From IMG/VR virus record IMGVR_UViG_3300020193_000003: DNA of 64,000 bases, one strand, 5' to 3'. This document shows positions 27,514 through 36,600 of the stretch, one piece after another. The DNA is from a virus. The notes below the pieces were generated by a model. That model had not been told where the DNA came from. It ran no database searches and was given only the letters and a program-made list of their open reading frames with translations. The stretch's first letter is position 1. Each line of letters begins with the position of its first letter. Position numbers and translations under genes: made by a program.

Positions 27514-28730
27514 GTCAGCTCGTGCGTTATCTTCACGCCGATCGGTCTTGCTCTATGTATTGCCTCCAGCACGACGGGGGAGGCCTCCCCGATGTCGTCC
27601 TCGCTCGCTCCGTACGTCTGCTCCCACGGCGTCTGGACGAGGACCGTGAAGGGACCTTCGTGCTGAATGTCGATCGTGACCTCCTTCGGTTCCATCATCA
27701 CGCGCTTTACGGACTCGCGCACGGCGGCGAGGCTGCCCGCGTTCATCCCGTAGTAGCCGTACTCGGCCTGCCACCTCAGGAAGTCCCTCGTCACCTCCAG
27801 CGTTCCCAGCGGCGGATCGTTGACGCCCGTGGTGGAGAATCTCAGGGTGTCCGTCCCGTTGAGGACGCTTGCGTCCAGGACGAACGGATTGGAGGGATCG
27901 AGCGTGGAACTCAGCTTGGCCACCGGTTCGGTCCCCGTGAATTGGGTCAGCCACTTGGCCTCGTTCAGCCCCGCGTCGCTGGGCCACACGAGGTTGCTGA
28001 GGGTGGACGGGAGCGATTCGTCGCGCCCGTCTACCACGGTGAAAAACCTGTAGTCGCGGTAGGCCTTCATCGCCTGGTCCATGCCGCTGAAGGCCACATC
28101 GATGAATCGCATCACCGCGGCCGGCGGGTTTTCCGTTCCGTTCCCCTGCGTGAAGTGGTCGGGGATTACCTGGTTCATCTGTCTGGCCGCCTCGGAGTAG
28201 TAGGCCTGGTCGAGCGTTCCGGACAGCACCGGGTTTGCGAAATAGACGACGTCCGAGGCCTCGTTGGGGACCATGGTCACCGTTACGTCTACTCTCGGAG
28301 CCGACAGCGACTGTTTGTTCACGAATATCGGTTCCGTCCTGTACACGCCCCACGACAGATCGTTGAGTGCGGTGGAGCCAGCCGACTCCGGTTGCGGCGT
28401 GACCACGAACGTGGATGTCTCGGATGCCCCAGAAACGGAAGACGTGTCCGAGAGGACCACCTCGATCTGCCCGCCCGACTGCATCTTCGCCGCGAAAACG
28501 AATTCGATCGGGTCCAGATGGTCCTCCGCCTCGAGGATCACCGAGGAAATGGTGAGTTCCACCTGTCCGACGAAGGAGACCTGCATGTAGGAGGCGTCGT
28601 CGGGCCAGAACTCGGATGCCTCGATCTCGTAGTTGTCGTTGTCGGAGAACCAGGAACCCGTCTCGTCCAGCACGGTGAGTTTTTGGGCGGATGCGGGGAG
28701 TCTGTTCCTCACCGCCCTCCCTGTCGTCAC
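27510..28730 (-). CDS. Baseplate wedge (gpI-like)/tail protein
   Basis: Follows baseplate J; WLTQFTG, GS.AAV...V, RP.GVKI C-terminus. Confidence 0.65.
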   Translation of the reverse strand: MTTGRAVRNRLPASAQKLTVLDETGSWFSDNDNYEIEASEFWPDDASYMQVSFVGQVELTISSVILEAEDHLDPIEFVFAAKMQSGGQIEVVLSDTSSVSGASETSTFVVTPQPESAGSTALNDLSWGVYRTEPIFVNKQSLSAPRVDVTVTMVPNEASDVVYFANPVLSGTLDQAYYSEAARQMNQVIPDHFTQGNGTENPPAAVMRFIDVAFSGMDQAMKAYRDYRFFTVVDGRDESLPSTLSNLVWPSDAGLNEAKWLTQFTGTEPVAKLSSTLDPSNPFVLDASVLNGTDTLRFSTTGVNDPPLGTLEVTRDFLRWQAEYGYYGMNAGSLAAVRESVKRVMMEPKEVTIDIQHEGPFTVLVQTPWEQTYGASEDDIGEASPVVLEAIHRARPIGVKITHELT

Positions 28731-30457
28731 AGCGTCACCACCTCTACGCTCGCCCTAGGCAGGAGCCCGGCGTATTTCGCCTGATACCCCGTCACCTGTG
28801 CTCCGGCCGTCAGCTCCTCGACCAGTTTCTCGTTCCCCTTGTCGCTGTTCGGGTACTCGGGGATATCCGCCTCGAAGGACGACACGAAGTCAACGCCCAT
28901 CACGTTGGACGCCGCGGCGACTATCTCGTAGACCCTCACGATGCTCCCGAAATTCGGCCATTCGTTCGGCGAGACCAGCTTCTCGACGGCGTCCTTGACC
29001 GACTGGGCGACCGATGTGGCGCTGAATCCGGGGGAGACGCCTACGGTCAGCTGCACGCCGAGATCGTATGTCCAGGCGTCCAGGATCTTGAAGTCGAGAC
29101 CGGCGGGAACCCTCTCGGCCACGTCCGCCTCTATCGACTCCCTCACGCTCCTGCCGACTGGGGCTCCGTCCTCGCCGCAGACGAAGACGGCGAAATACCC
29201 CGGCTCCTCGTTGTTCTCCATGTAGGAGAGAAGTAGCGAATCCAGCATCACGATGTCGACGAGGGGGCCGGTCGTGTCCGTGTCGGATACGACGTCGGTG
29301 TACGTGACGACCCCGGAGGCGCTCACGGCCAGCGAGTCGTCCGTGGCGTCGAAGGTCCCCGACGGGAAGTCCTCGGCGAACCCGCTCTCCCCGTAGAAGT
29401 CCGGCGTGACGACCCTGTAGATCGTCCCCGGGTAGTCGTCCACTTGGTCCTCGAACGACGACGAAGTTATCACCGTGGCGGCGGTCCCGGCGTGCGACGA
29501 GTTGCCCACGAGCGAAACGGTCCCCGCGACGGTCTGCGCGCCGCTGGTCGCGTTGGCGTAGCTGAGCTGCGTCGAGGACGGAACCGCAGTCACTGCGTGC
29601 GTGCCGTTGTAGCCCGACGGCGTCACCCCCGCGACCGTCACGACATGCCCGACCTGCAACCCGTGGGCCGAGGTGGTCGTGATCGTCGCCGTCGTCCCGT
29701 CGCCTGTCGCCGCCGTCGTCGCCCCGCCGACCTGACCGGACTGGGCCCTGTGCTCGACGGCCTTGGCGAGGTCGTAGGCCTTCACCCTCTTGACTTGTGA
29801 GAATTTCCCGAGAATGTAGTTCTCCACCTGCGTGGCGGTGTTCAGCGTGGCGCTCAGAGACTGAAGGTGGGTGGCGGCCCTGTTTAGGAACTCCGCCTCC
29901 GTCTCGGGGTTCTGTCCCTGGACCACATCGTCCGTGGTGTCGCAGGAGAACACCACCGCGCTCGGGGAGTTGGCCACCAGTTGCGTGCCGACCGAGAAGC
30001 TGGGGATCTGGCCGAGCACCAGCGACTTGAGCGTTGCGCTCACGGTCGTGGAGCCCGTGGGGGCCGTGACCGGCTGGTCGAGAAGGAACGGATACTGAAT
30101 CGTTTCCACCCCGTTGAAGTAGTCGAATGCGTACACGGTGTCCTCGGGGACCGTGTCCCCCGCCACGAACAGCGTGAAGTCGACGTCCACGGTGGACTGC
30201 GTCGCCTCAGATCTCTCCACGCCCATGACCCTGAGGATCCCCTCCATCAGCGAGTCGGGCATCCTGTTGATGGCGCCCATGGTGCTCGCCCCTATCACCG
30301 ATCCGGCTTGCAGGATGGCATCCTCGAGGGTTCCCGGTCTCGGGTTGAACTCGGGCAGGGCGGTCCTTGCGTATTGGACGGCCTGGAGGTACAGGTCCGG
30401 CGGCTGGAGGTCGTAGTCGGTGAGGTCGACGTACTCGCTGAAATCGGGCGACGGCAT
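28727..30457 (-). CDS. Baseplate J-like wedge protein with inserted beta-domain
   Basis: PEF.PR.GTLE..IL, G.ER..A, G..PET.AEFL.R; position in the tail operon. Confidence 0.8.
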   Translation of the reverse strand: MPSPDFSEYVDLTDYDLQPPDLYLQAVQYARTALPEFNPRPGTLEDAILQAGSVIGASTMGAINRMPDSLMEGILRVMGVERSEATQSTVDVDFTLFVAGDTVPEDTVYAFDYFNGVETIQYPFLLDQPVTAPTGSTTVSATLKSLVLGQIPSFSVGTQLVANSPSAVVFSCDTTDDVVQGQNPETEAEFLNRAATHLQSLSATLNTATQVENYILGKFSQVKRVKAYDLAKAVEHRAQSGQVGGATTAATGDGTTATITTTSAHGLQVGHVVTVAGVTPSGYNGTHAVTAVPSSTQLSYANATSGAQTVAGTVSLVGNSSHAGTAATVITSSSFEDQVDDYPGTIYRVVTPDFYGESGFAEDFPSGTFDATDDSLAVSASGVVTYTDVVSDTDTTGPLVDIVMLDSLLLSYMENNEEPGYFAVFVCGEDGAPVGRSVRESIEADVAERVPAGLDFKILDAWTYDLGVQLTVGVSPGFSATSVAQSVKDAVEKLVSPNEWPNFGSIVRVYEIVAAASNVMGVDFVSSFEADIPEYPNSDKGNEKLVEELTAGAQVTGYQAKYAGLLPRASVEVVTL

Positions 30458-30759
30458 CAGAGCACCCCGTAGTCGACGGACAGCGCAGAAATCCCGGACT
30501 GATCCGGACTAGCCAGCGAGATGTTTTTGATGATTATCTCCGGCCAGTAGGCGGCGACGGTGGACCTCAGTCCGGACGGTTCGCCCTTCGTGAAGGTCGG
30601 GTCGGCGGTTCCGAACGCCGGATCGAGTGGCAGTTCGCCCGGCTCGATCTTGACGATCGCGCCGATCAGCTGGTCGTAGAACTCGCGGGAATCCTCACCC
30701 AGCTTCAGGGACGAGCCACCCTTCCTTGCGAAAGTCATGGGCAGCCTGAATGTCGACAC
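30457..30759 (-). CDS. gp25-like baseplate wedge/sheath initiator
   Basis: EPGELPLDPAFG; about 100 aa, immediately upstream of baseplate J. Confidence 0.75.
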   Translation of the reverse strand: MSTFRLPMTFARKGGSSLKLGEDSREFYDQLIGAIVKIEPGELPLDPAFGTADPTFTKGEPSGLRSTVAAYWPEIIIKNISLASPDQSGISALSVDYGVL

Positions 30760-30765
30760 GGTACG

Positions 30766-30774
30766 ATTATCCCA
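30766..30774 (-). promoter_or_regulatory. Extended -10 (TGG-GATAAT) 6 nt upstream of GTG 30759; leaderless-type promoter
   Basis: Minus strand gtggGATAATcgtaccGTG. Confidence 0.45.
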
Positions 30775-30777
30775 CGG

Positions 30778-31218
30778 TCAGTGCGTGTGGGCGGAACTGG
30801 CGTAGGAACCAGGTGCTTGGTAGGGGAGGACGTGGCCGGGTGATTTGGCAATGAGTTCCTGGAGCAGTTCGGCCACCTTGTCGTCCACGTACTTCTTGGT
30901 CGCGGCGTCGTCGTCCTCGACCGGGGGGTCCAGGTTGACCAGCTTGAAGTTCTTGTTTTCCGAGCCCAGCACGACCATCTTCTGCCGTATCCCCTCGGAG
31001 AAGCCGACGATCACCGTCCGCCCGCTCCTTGGTTTTTGTCCGAAGACCTGGCAGGGCCCGAAGATTTTGTTGGTCGCCAGGTTTGGGACGTTGACGTACA
31101 CCCCGGTCTCGTCCGACCGGACCACCGTGCCGACGTAGACCGCGTTCGAGTCCACCCGAACGAAGGAGGCTTTCGACTGGTTGGTGACCTCGAAGTTGGG
31201 TCTGGTCTTGAAGCTCAT
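30778..31218 (-). CDS. Baseplate spike (gpV-like)
   Basis: OB-fold-like YVGTVV...VYV.VP...P..G..V.VGF and terminal HTH (HxH) motif. Confidence 0.65.
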   Translation of the reverse strand: MSFKTRPNFEVTNQSKASFVRVDSNAVYVGTVVRSDETGVYVNVPNLATNKIFGPCQVFGQKPRSGRTVIVGFSEGIRQKMVVLGSENKNFKLVNLDPPVEDDDAATKKYVDDKVAELLQELIAKSPGHVLPYQAPGSYASSAHTH

Positions 31219-32780
31219 GCGTCCTCCTTGGGCGGTTTGTCCTGATTCTTGGGTTTTTGCACCATCACCAGGTTGACGTCGACGGGATCGCTGGTGAACT
31301 CCGAGAAATTCACGTCTTGGACGAGGTACCCGGCGACGAACCTGTCGGGCACGCTCGTCAGGTATATGGTGTGGCCCGGTCTAATTATTCTACCAATCGG
31401 GGAAAGAACGGCGCAGGAACCCGTCCCCTCGAGCCCGTCGTTCTCGCTGACCCTCACCGTCGGCCACGTCGCCAGCTCGAATATCCCGTTGTCCTCCCGC
31501 CAGGTGACCGATCCGTCGTAGGTTATGCTCCCGTCGTCCGCGATGCCTATCGGCCTGCCGCTGAGGACGAGGACGGACTTGGCCCCGCTGTTCGTCTCGC
31601 TCGGGTTGTAGCGGAGGTTGAGGTACCGTTGCTTCTTTCCCTTCTTGTTCTCCTTCTCGGCGAGCCCGAATTTCCACATCAGCCACTGCCCGGAACCGAA
31701 GACGAGGGTGTTGTCGACCTCGAACACGAAGAACTGGCCGTCCGCCCCGCTCTGCGTCAGGACCGTCCAGACGGATTCGTCGGCGTTCTGGTTCTTTCCC
31801 TTGAACACGGTTTGTTGCTTGTTGTTTTTTTCACCCACGAAGTTCATCCCGCATCTCGCCGCCGCCCGCCGCGCGTACTCGTACCCGTTCACGGCCGTTA
31901 TGGATTCCGGTCGCTTGTCCCTCCTCAGCTCCTGCACGCACTTCGGGGCGAACTGGACGCTCGCCTGCGGGTAACCAGCCGAGCCCGCGCTCGACTCGCA
32001 GGAGACGACCTCGAACAGCAAGCCACGGTACCTGTACTCCCTCCTGGGGTCGAAGTACCCGCCCTGGGTCAACTTGTAGTCCCTGTCGTCGTAGATGGCG
32101 GTCAGCTCGGTCGTCATGCTCATCGAGTAGCTGACGCTGAGACTGAGGAGCCTCCCGGAGAGCATGTCCTGGTCCTCCAGCTCGAGGCCGGCCAAGGTGA
32201 ACACCTCCGTGACGAACCGGGAATCCTTGGGTTGCACCAGCGATGGTTGGTTCGAGTAGTTCTTGGTTTCCCACGGCTTCAGGGTCGGGTCCTCGACGAG
32301 GAATTTCGCGAGTCTCTCCTCCTCGAGGAGGTGCAGGGCGAACGCGTAGGCGTCCGCAAGGTACCTGACCTTCGTCTTGCCGTTGGGGAGTTTGAGCGCC
32401 ACGGTCTTGCTGTCGAAAATCCCTAGGTGCAGGCCGTCCTTGAGGAACTTTTCCGTCGCCTGCTTTTCCGTGAGCACGAGCTGCTTCTCTATGTCCAGCG
32501 ACGGCAGGACCACCATGACCTTCTGGCCCTCGAATCTGTCCTTCAGGGTCATCGGTCCGACGGTCACGGAGAGCACCGTCCCGTACTCGAAATCCTCCCC
32601 TCTTTTCTTCGCCAGGGGGACGATGCGTTTCCCGTCGAGGCTCAGTTTGACGGGCCTCCTGCCGCCGAGGTTTATCGTTCCGTACTCCAGCGGCTCCGGG
32701 ATGTTGATCTCAATGCCACTGTCCTCCTCGACGATCGTCTGGGGCGGGGTCGGGTAACCGGCGAATATCGGGGTGGGCAT
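31215..32780 (-). CDS. Baseplate hub (gpD/gp27-like) protein
   Basis: ESVWTVL, FEVDNTLVFG, IRPG.TI.L...GYLV.DV pattern; position. Confidence 0.65.
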   Translation of the reverse strand: MPTPIFAGYPTPPQTIVEEDSGIEINIPEPLEYGTINLGGRRPVKLSLDGKRIVPLAKKRGEDFEYGTVLSVTVGPMTLKDRFEGQKVMVVLPSLDIEKQLVLTEKQATEKFLKDGLHLGIFDSKTVALKLPNGKTKVRYLADAYAFALHLLEEERLAKFLVEDPTLKPWETKNYSNQPSLVQPKDSRFVTEVFTLAGLELEDQDMLSGRLLSLSVSYSMSMTTELTAIYDDRDYKLTQGGYFDPRREYRYRGLLFEVVSCESSAGSAGYPQASVQFAPKCVQELRRDKRPESITAVNGYEYARRAAARCGMNFVGEKNNKQQTVFKGKNQNADESVWTVLTQSGADGQFFVFEVDNTLVFGSGQWLMWKFGLAEKENKKGKKQRYLNLRYNPSETNSGAKSVLVLSGRPIGIADDGSITYDGSVTWREDNGIFELATWPTVRVSENDGLEGTGSCAVLSPIGRIIRPGHTIYLTSVPDRFVAGYLVQDVNFSEFTSDPVDVNLVMVQKPKNQDKPPKEDA

Positions 32781-32789
32781 CTGGGTCGC

Positions 32790-33647
32790 CTATTTCTTTT
32801 CGACCGCTTTATAGTCTTTTTGGTCTTTCAAATCTCTGACCAGCGCGTTGAATAGACTCGAGGCTGTCCACGTGGCCTTGTTCCCAGCTGTTTTGAGGAG
32901 GATGTCCCGCACATTGCTTTCCCCGCCGTATTGGGCGGAGAGCCTGTTCAGACTTGCTATGTACTCGCCCACAGATTCACCCTCTTCAAGTGCGAATCCA
33001 TTCTTGAGGGACTTGAAGAATTTTTCTATCACCCTGTGTGCGTTGCCTGGCCCCTGCGGCTCCCCCGGCTTGCCGGTTACCCCTTGTTTCTTGTCCCTGT
33101 AAGTGAACTTTGGCAGGGTGAGGAACCTCTCGAGCGTGTCGCTCGACTCCGTGCACGACATGCTCACCTGGGCGGAGACCGTCTGCCCGAGCTCGTTGAC
33201 CCGGGTCACCTGGACGGACATCGACTGTATCTTCCACGAGGCGACGGACCCGCCCATCATCTGGTGGACGTTGATGAATATGACCGAGTTGTCCTCGGCC
33301 GCGAAGTTCTGGAGGTTGGCCAGTTCGTCATCGACGGGGTTGCGCACGCCGTCGAGGTGCTTGGCCACGAGGAAGTCGAACGACACCTTCTGCAGCGAGC
33401 CGGCCGTCGGCTGCAGGATCGGCAGCTGCAGTGGTCGCGCGAGCTCGTCAAATTGCACCGCACCCACGTCGTGCGAGAAGTTGTTGAGGCCGAACGGGAA
33501 CTCAAACTCCAGGTCGCCGGCCACCTGCACCATCCTCGGGAGGTTGGCGACGCCACTGTTCGGCGACGTCGTGGGCGGGATGGCGTTCCTCTCCACGACG
33601 ACCTTCGTCGTCGCCGTGAATCTTTCCTTACGTCCTATGAGCGCCAT
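32790..33647 (-). CDS. Tail tube initiator-like protein
   Basis: Directly after the tape measure gene; FEFPF...RP...P.L...W.I.SMSV. Confidence 0.55.
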   Translation of the reverse strand: MALIGRKERFTATTKVVVERNAIPPTTSPNSGVANLPRMVQVAGDLEFEFPFGLNNFSHDVGAVQFDELARPLQLPILQPTAGSLQKVSFDFLVAKHLDGVRNPVDDELANLQNFAAEDNSVIFINVHQMMGGSVASWKIQSMSVQVTRVNELGQTVSAQVSMSCTESSDTLERFLTLPKFTYRDKKQGVTGKPGEPQGPGNAHRVIEKFFKSLKNGFALEEGESVGEYIASLNRLSAQYGGESNVRDILLKTAGNKATWTASSLFNALVRDLKDQKDYKAVEKK

Positions 33648-36600
33648 TTAGGTTCTCTCCCTGTAGGCGCGTTGCTGCTGCTCGAGCGCGGCCACGACCT
33701 GACGGGCGATGGCGGTCTCCGACTGGCCCGGTGCCCCGTAGACGTTCAGGGTGACGTTCTGGTTCATGGTCCCGGCCGTCCCGGCGACGAGGCTTGACCG
33801 CGGGGTTCTGGTGTTGCCGATCGGCGGGACGACGTGCAGGTGCCTGCTGCCGGCCCAGCCGTGGAACTCGGCGAAGCCCCCGGCGTTCGAGATCATCTTC
33901 TGGTACTGGCCGAGGTTGTCCCCGGTCAGGTCGTAGGCCCTCCCGGCGGCGTGGTCGGAGCTCATGGACCAGAGGTTGTCGAAGCGGAGCGCACTGGTGA
34001 CGGTCCGCTTCCCCGTCAGCAAAGAGTTGAACTTTGCGTGGGCCGCCATCGTCCCCCTGAGCGCCCTGGAAGTCGGGGTGTCCCCGACCCGACCCCTGCG
34101 AGGGGATCTGGTGTCGCCCTCCACCAGTTTCAGCGTGTTTCCCGTTGCCTGCCACGTGTAGTTCTTCATGTCGCCCCACCACTTCGGGGCTTCGCCCTCC
34201 CAGATTTCTGGCTTGTTGTCGAAGGCCGTCGTGATCGCGTTGCCTATTTCCTCGGCAAATTTCTTCGCATTTTGGTTCCACACGAGTCCGACGTCTCCCG
34301 CTACCTCGTAGACCTTGGAGGTCTCCGTGGCGAAAATCCCTTCGTCCAGCCGATCGGCACCAACACCAAGACCGGTCGGCTTCATAATTGCGGCTACCAG
34401 CGCCTTTCCGGCTGGGCCGACCTTCGACAGCTTGTCCAGATTGAGATTTCCGCCCTTGTCCAGTAATTGGCCCGTGCTGATGAAATTGAGGAGGTTCGTC
34501 TTCTCCTGGTCGCCAAATTTTTCGTCCCCGAAGATTTGGGTGATGATGCCCTTGAGCCTGTCGGCCGCTCCGAGGTTCTTGAACACGAACCCTTGCTCGG
34601 CCATGCCCCCCAAAATCTGTTGCATGCCGAGGCCCGAGATTTGCGATAGTTGCGTTTCGTACGCCGTTTGGGCCTCTGCCTGACCCTCGTTGGCGAACGA
34701 ACCGAGCAGACCCGCGTCCATCTTTCCGAAAGCTCCCAGATTTCCCTGAGCGAAATCTCTGGTCGCCGAGAGAACGGCGAACAGGTTGTCGGGGTTGTCC
34801 GCCTGCGTGCTGGAGACGAGCAGCCTGGCGTAATCCCTGAAGTCGTCCATCGTGGCCGTTCCGCCCAGGCCCATCAGCCTCTCCTTGCTGGCAGTGAACG
34901 CCTGAACTTCCGCTCGCCTCTTGATCGATTCGTCGAACACGTTCAGCGACGCCGTGCCGATGTCCCTGATCGCCACTTTCATCTCGTCGACGGTCTTGCG
35001 AGTGACGAGGCCCAGCGCCCCGATCTGCTCGGTGAGCGATTTCGTCGGGTCGCCCAGGTCCACGTCCATCTTGGACCCGAGCGCCATGATCTCCTGCTCG
35101 GTCTTCCCGGTCATCTTGGCAAGGTGCCGGACCACGAAATTGCCGCGCTTCATCATGATGTCTGCGACCTCAAACCTGCCGAGACCCTCCTCGGGGAGGA
35201 ACAGCTCGCCCCTTGCGCTTTTGCCCCTCGTCCCGCCCTCCGTGCCGCGCGCAAAGAAGTCCTCGGCCCTTCGTATCCTGGTGTTGGCGACTCTTTCGCC
35301 CGCTTCGTTGATCCTGAATCCGAGATTTTCTTCCTGGAACCCCGCCACCATGGCGTCAAAACTTTTCATCGCCTTGGTGTCGCCACCTTCCGCCTGCTTG
35401 AGGTACTCCTTCATCTTTTTGTATTCCGACTTCTTCATCACGCCGGTGTTCCTCATTCCCTTGAGGATCGTGGATCTGCTGGCGTTGAGGGCCATGTCCA
35501 TTGCGAGAAGTTCGGAAGGCAGCGTTGACGTCGGCATATTCGCAATTTCTCGGTTGCCCGCGACTAGGGTTCCAATGCCCATTTCGGAGATCATCTTCTG
35601 CTGCTTGTCGATCTGGCTGATCCCTCTCTGGAAGCTGCTCCCCCCCGTGGCCTGGACCAACCTGCCCGTTTTCGGGTCGACCCTCGCGCCGACCATGGCC
35701 GCGACGATCTGACCGCTCATTCTTTCGCCGATGCCGGCACCGATCTTTTTGGCCTCCCTCTCGCGGTTGCCCTGCGCCCTGAAGTAGCCGACGATGCCGC
35801 CGATCAGCGCCGAGCCCCCGATGATCGCGGCCTTGGCGACCGGACCAGAAAGTCCAAAGACGGGGCCGAGCGTGTCGGAGATCGTCTTTCCGACGGCGGC
35901 GCCGGCGAGCGCCCCGCCCATCATGGACTTGCCCGTGCTTGTCGATTTCATCAGCGTCAGACCGGCGGCGATTCCCATTCCTCGGGCCCCGAACATCGCC
36001 CCGATTCCGAGGGCGTTGTTGGCGGCCGACCGCATGTCCTTGTCGCCGATCTTTTCCGTCACCCCCGTGGAAAGGAGCATGCCGCCCATCAACCCCATCA
36101 TCGGGTTGAACGTTTTGCGCATGCTCGCCTGGGCGCTCTCGCCCAAGCCCTTGAACATGGCGCCGGTGCGACCCTTGAACTGCTGCCTCGCGAACGCCCG
36201 TTCCGCCGCCCTCTTGGATTTGCCGCCGTCGTCCCTAATTTTGCCAGTTTCCTTGTCGACCCACTTTCCCGCGCCCTGCCTGTCCTTCTCCAACATCTCG
36301 TTGAACGCCGTCAACCTCGCCGTCTGCAGCGCGGTGGCTTGAAAGGGAGCCAAATCTCCCAACCCCATCCCAGCGGCGCCAGCGGCTAGTCGCGCCTGTT
36401 CCAAATCGGCCCCCATCCTCTTGCCGCTGAGGGTCTTGAAAATGCTCTCCCTCGTGACGGGACCCGTGCTCACGCCGTCGAAGGACCCCTGTATGGTGCC
36501 GCCACGCAAGAACTCCCTGAGGGTGCCCTTCCCGTACATGAGGTCCCTCTGGGCGTTCCGCATTTTCATGTGCTGCTCGACGACGGGGGCCTGTGCCGCC

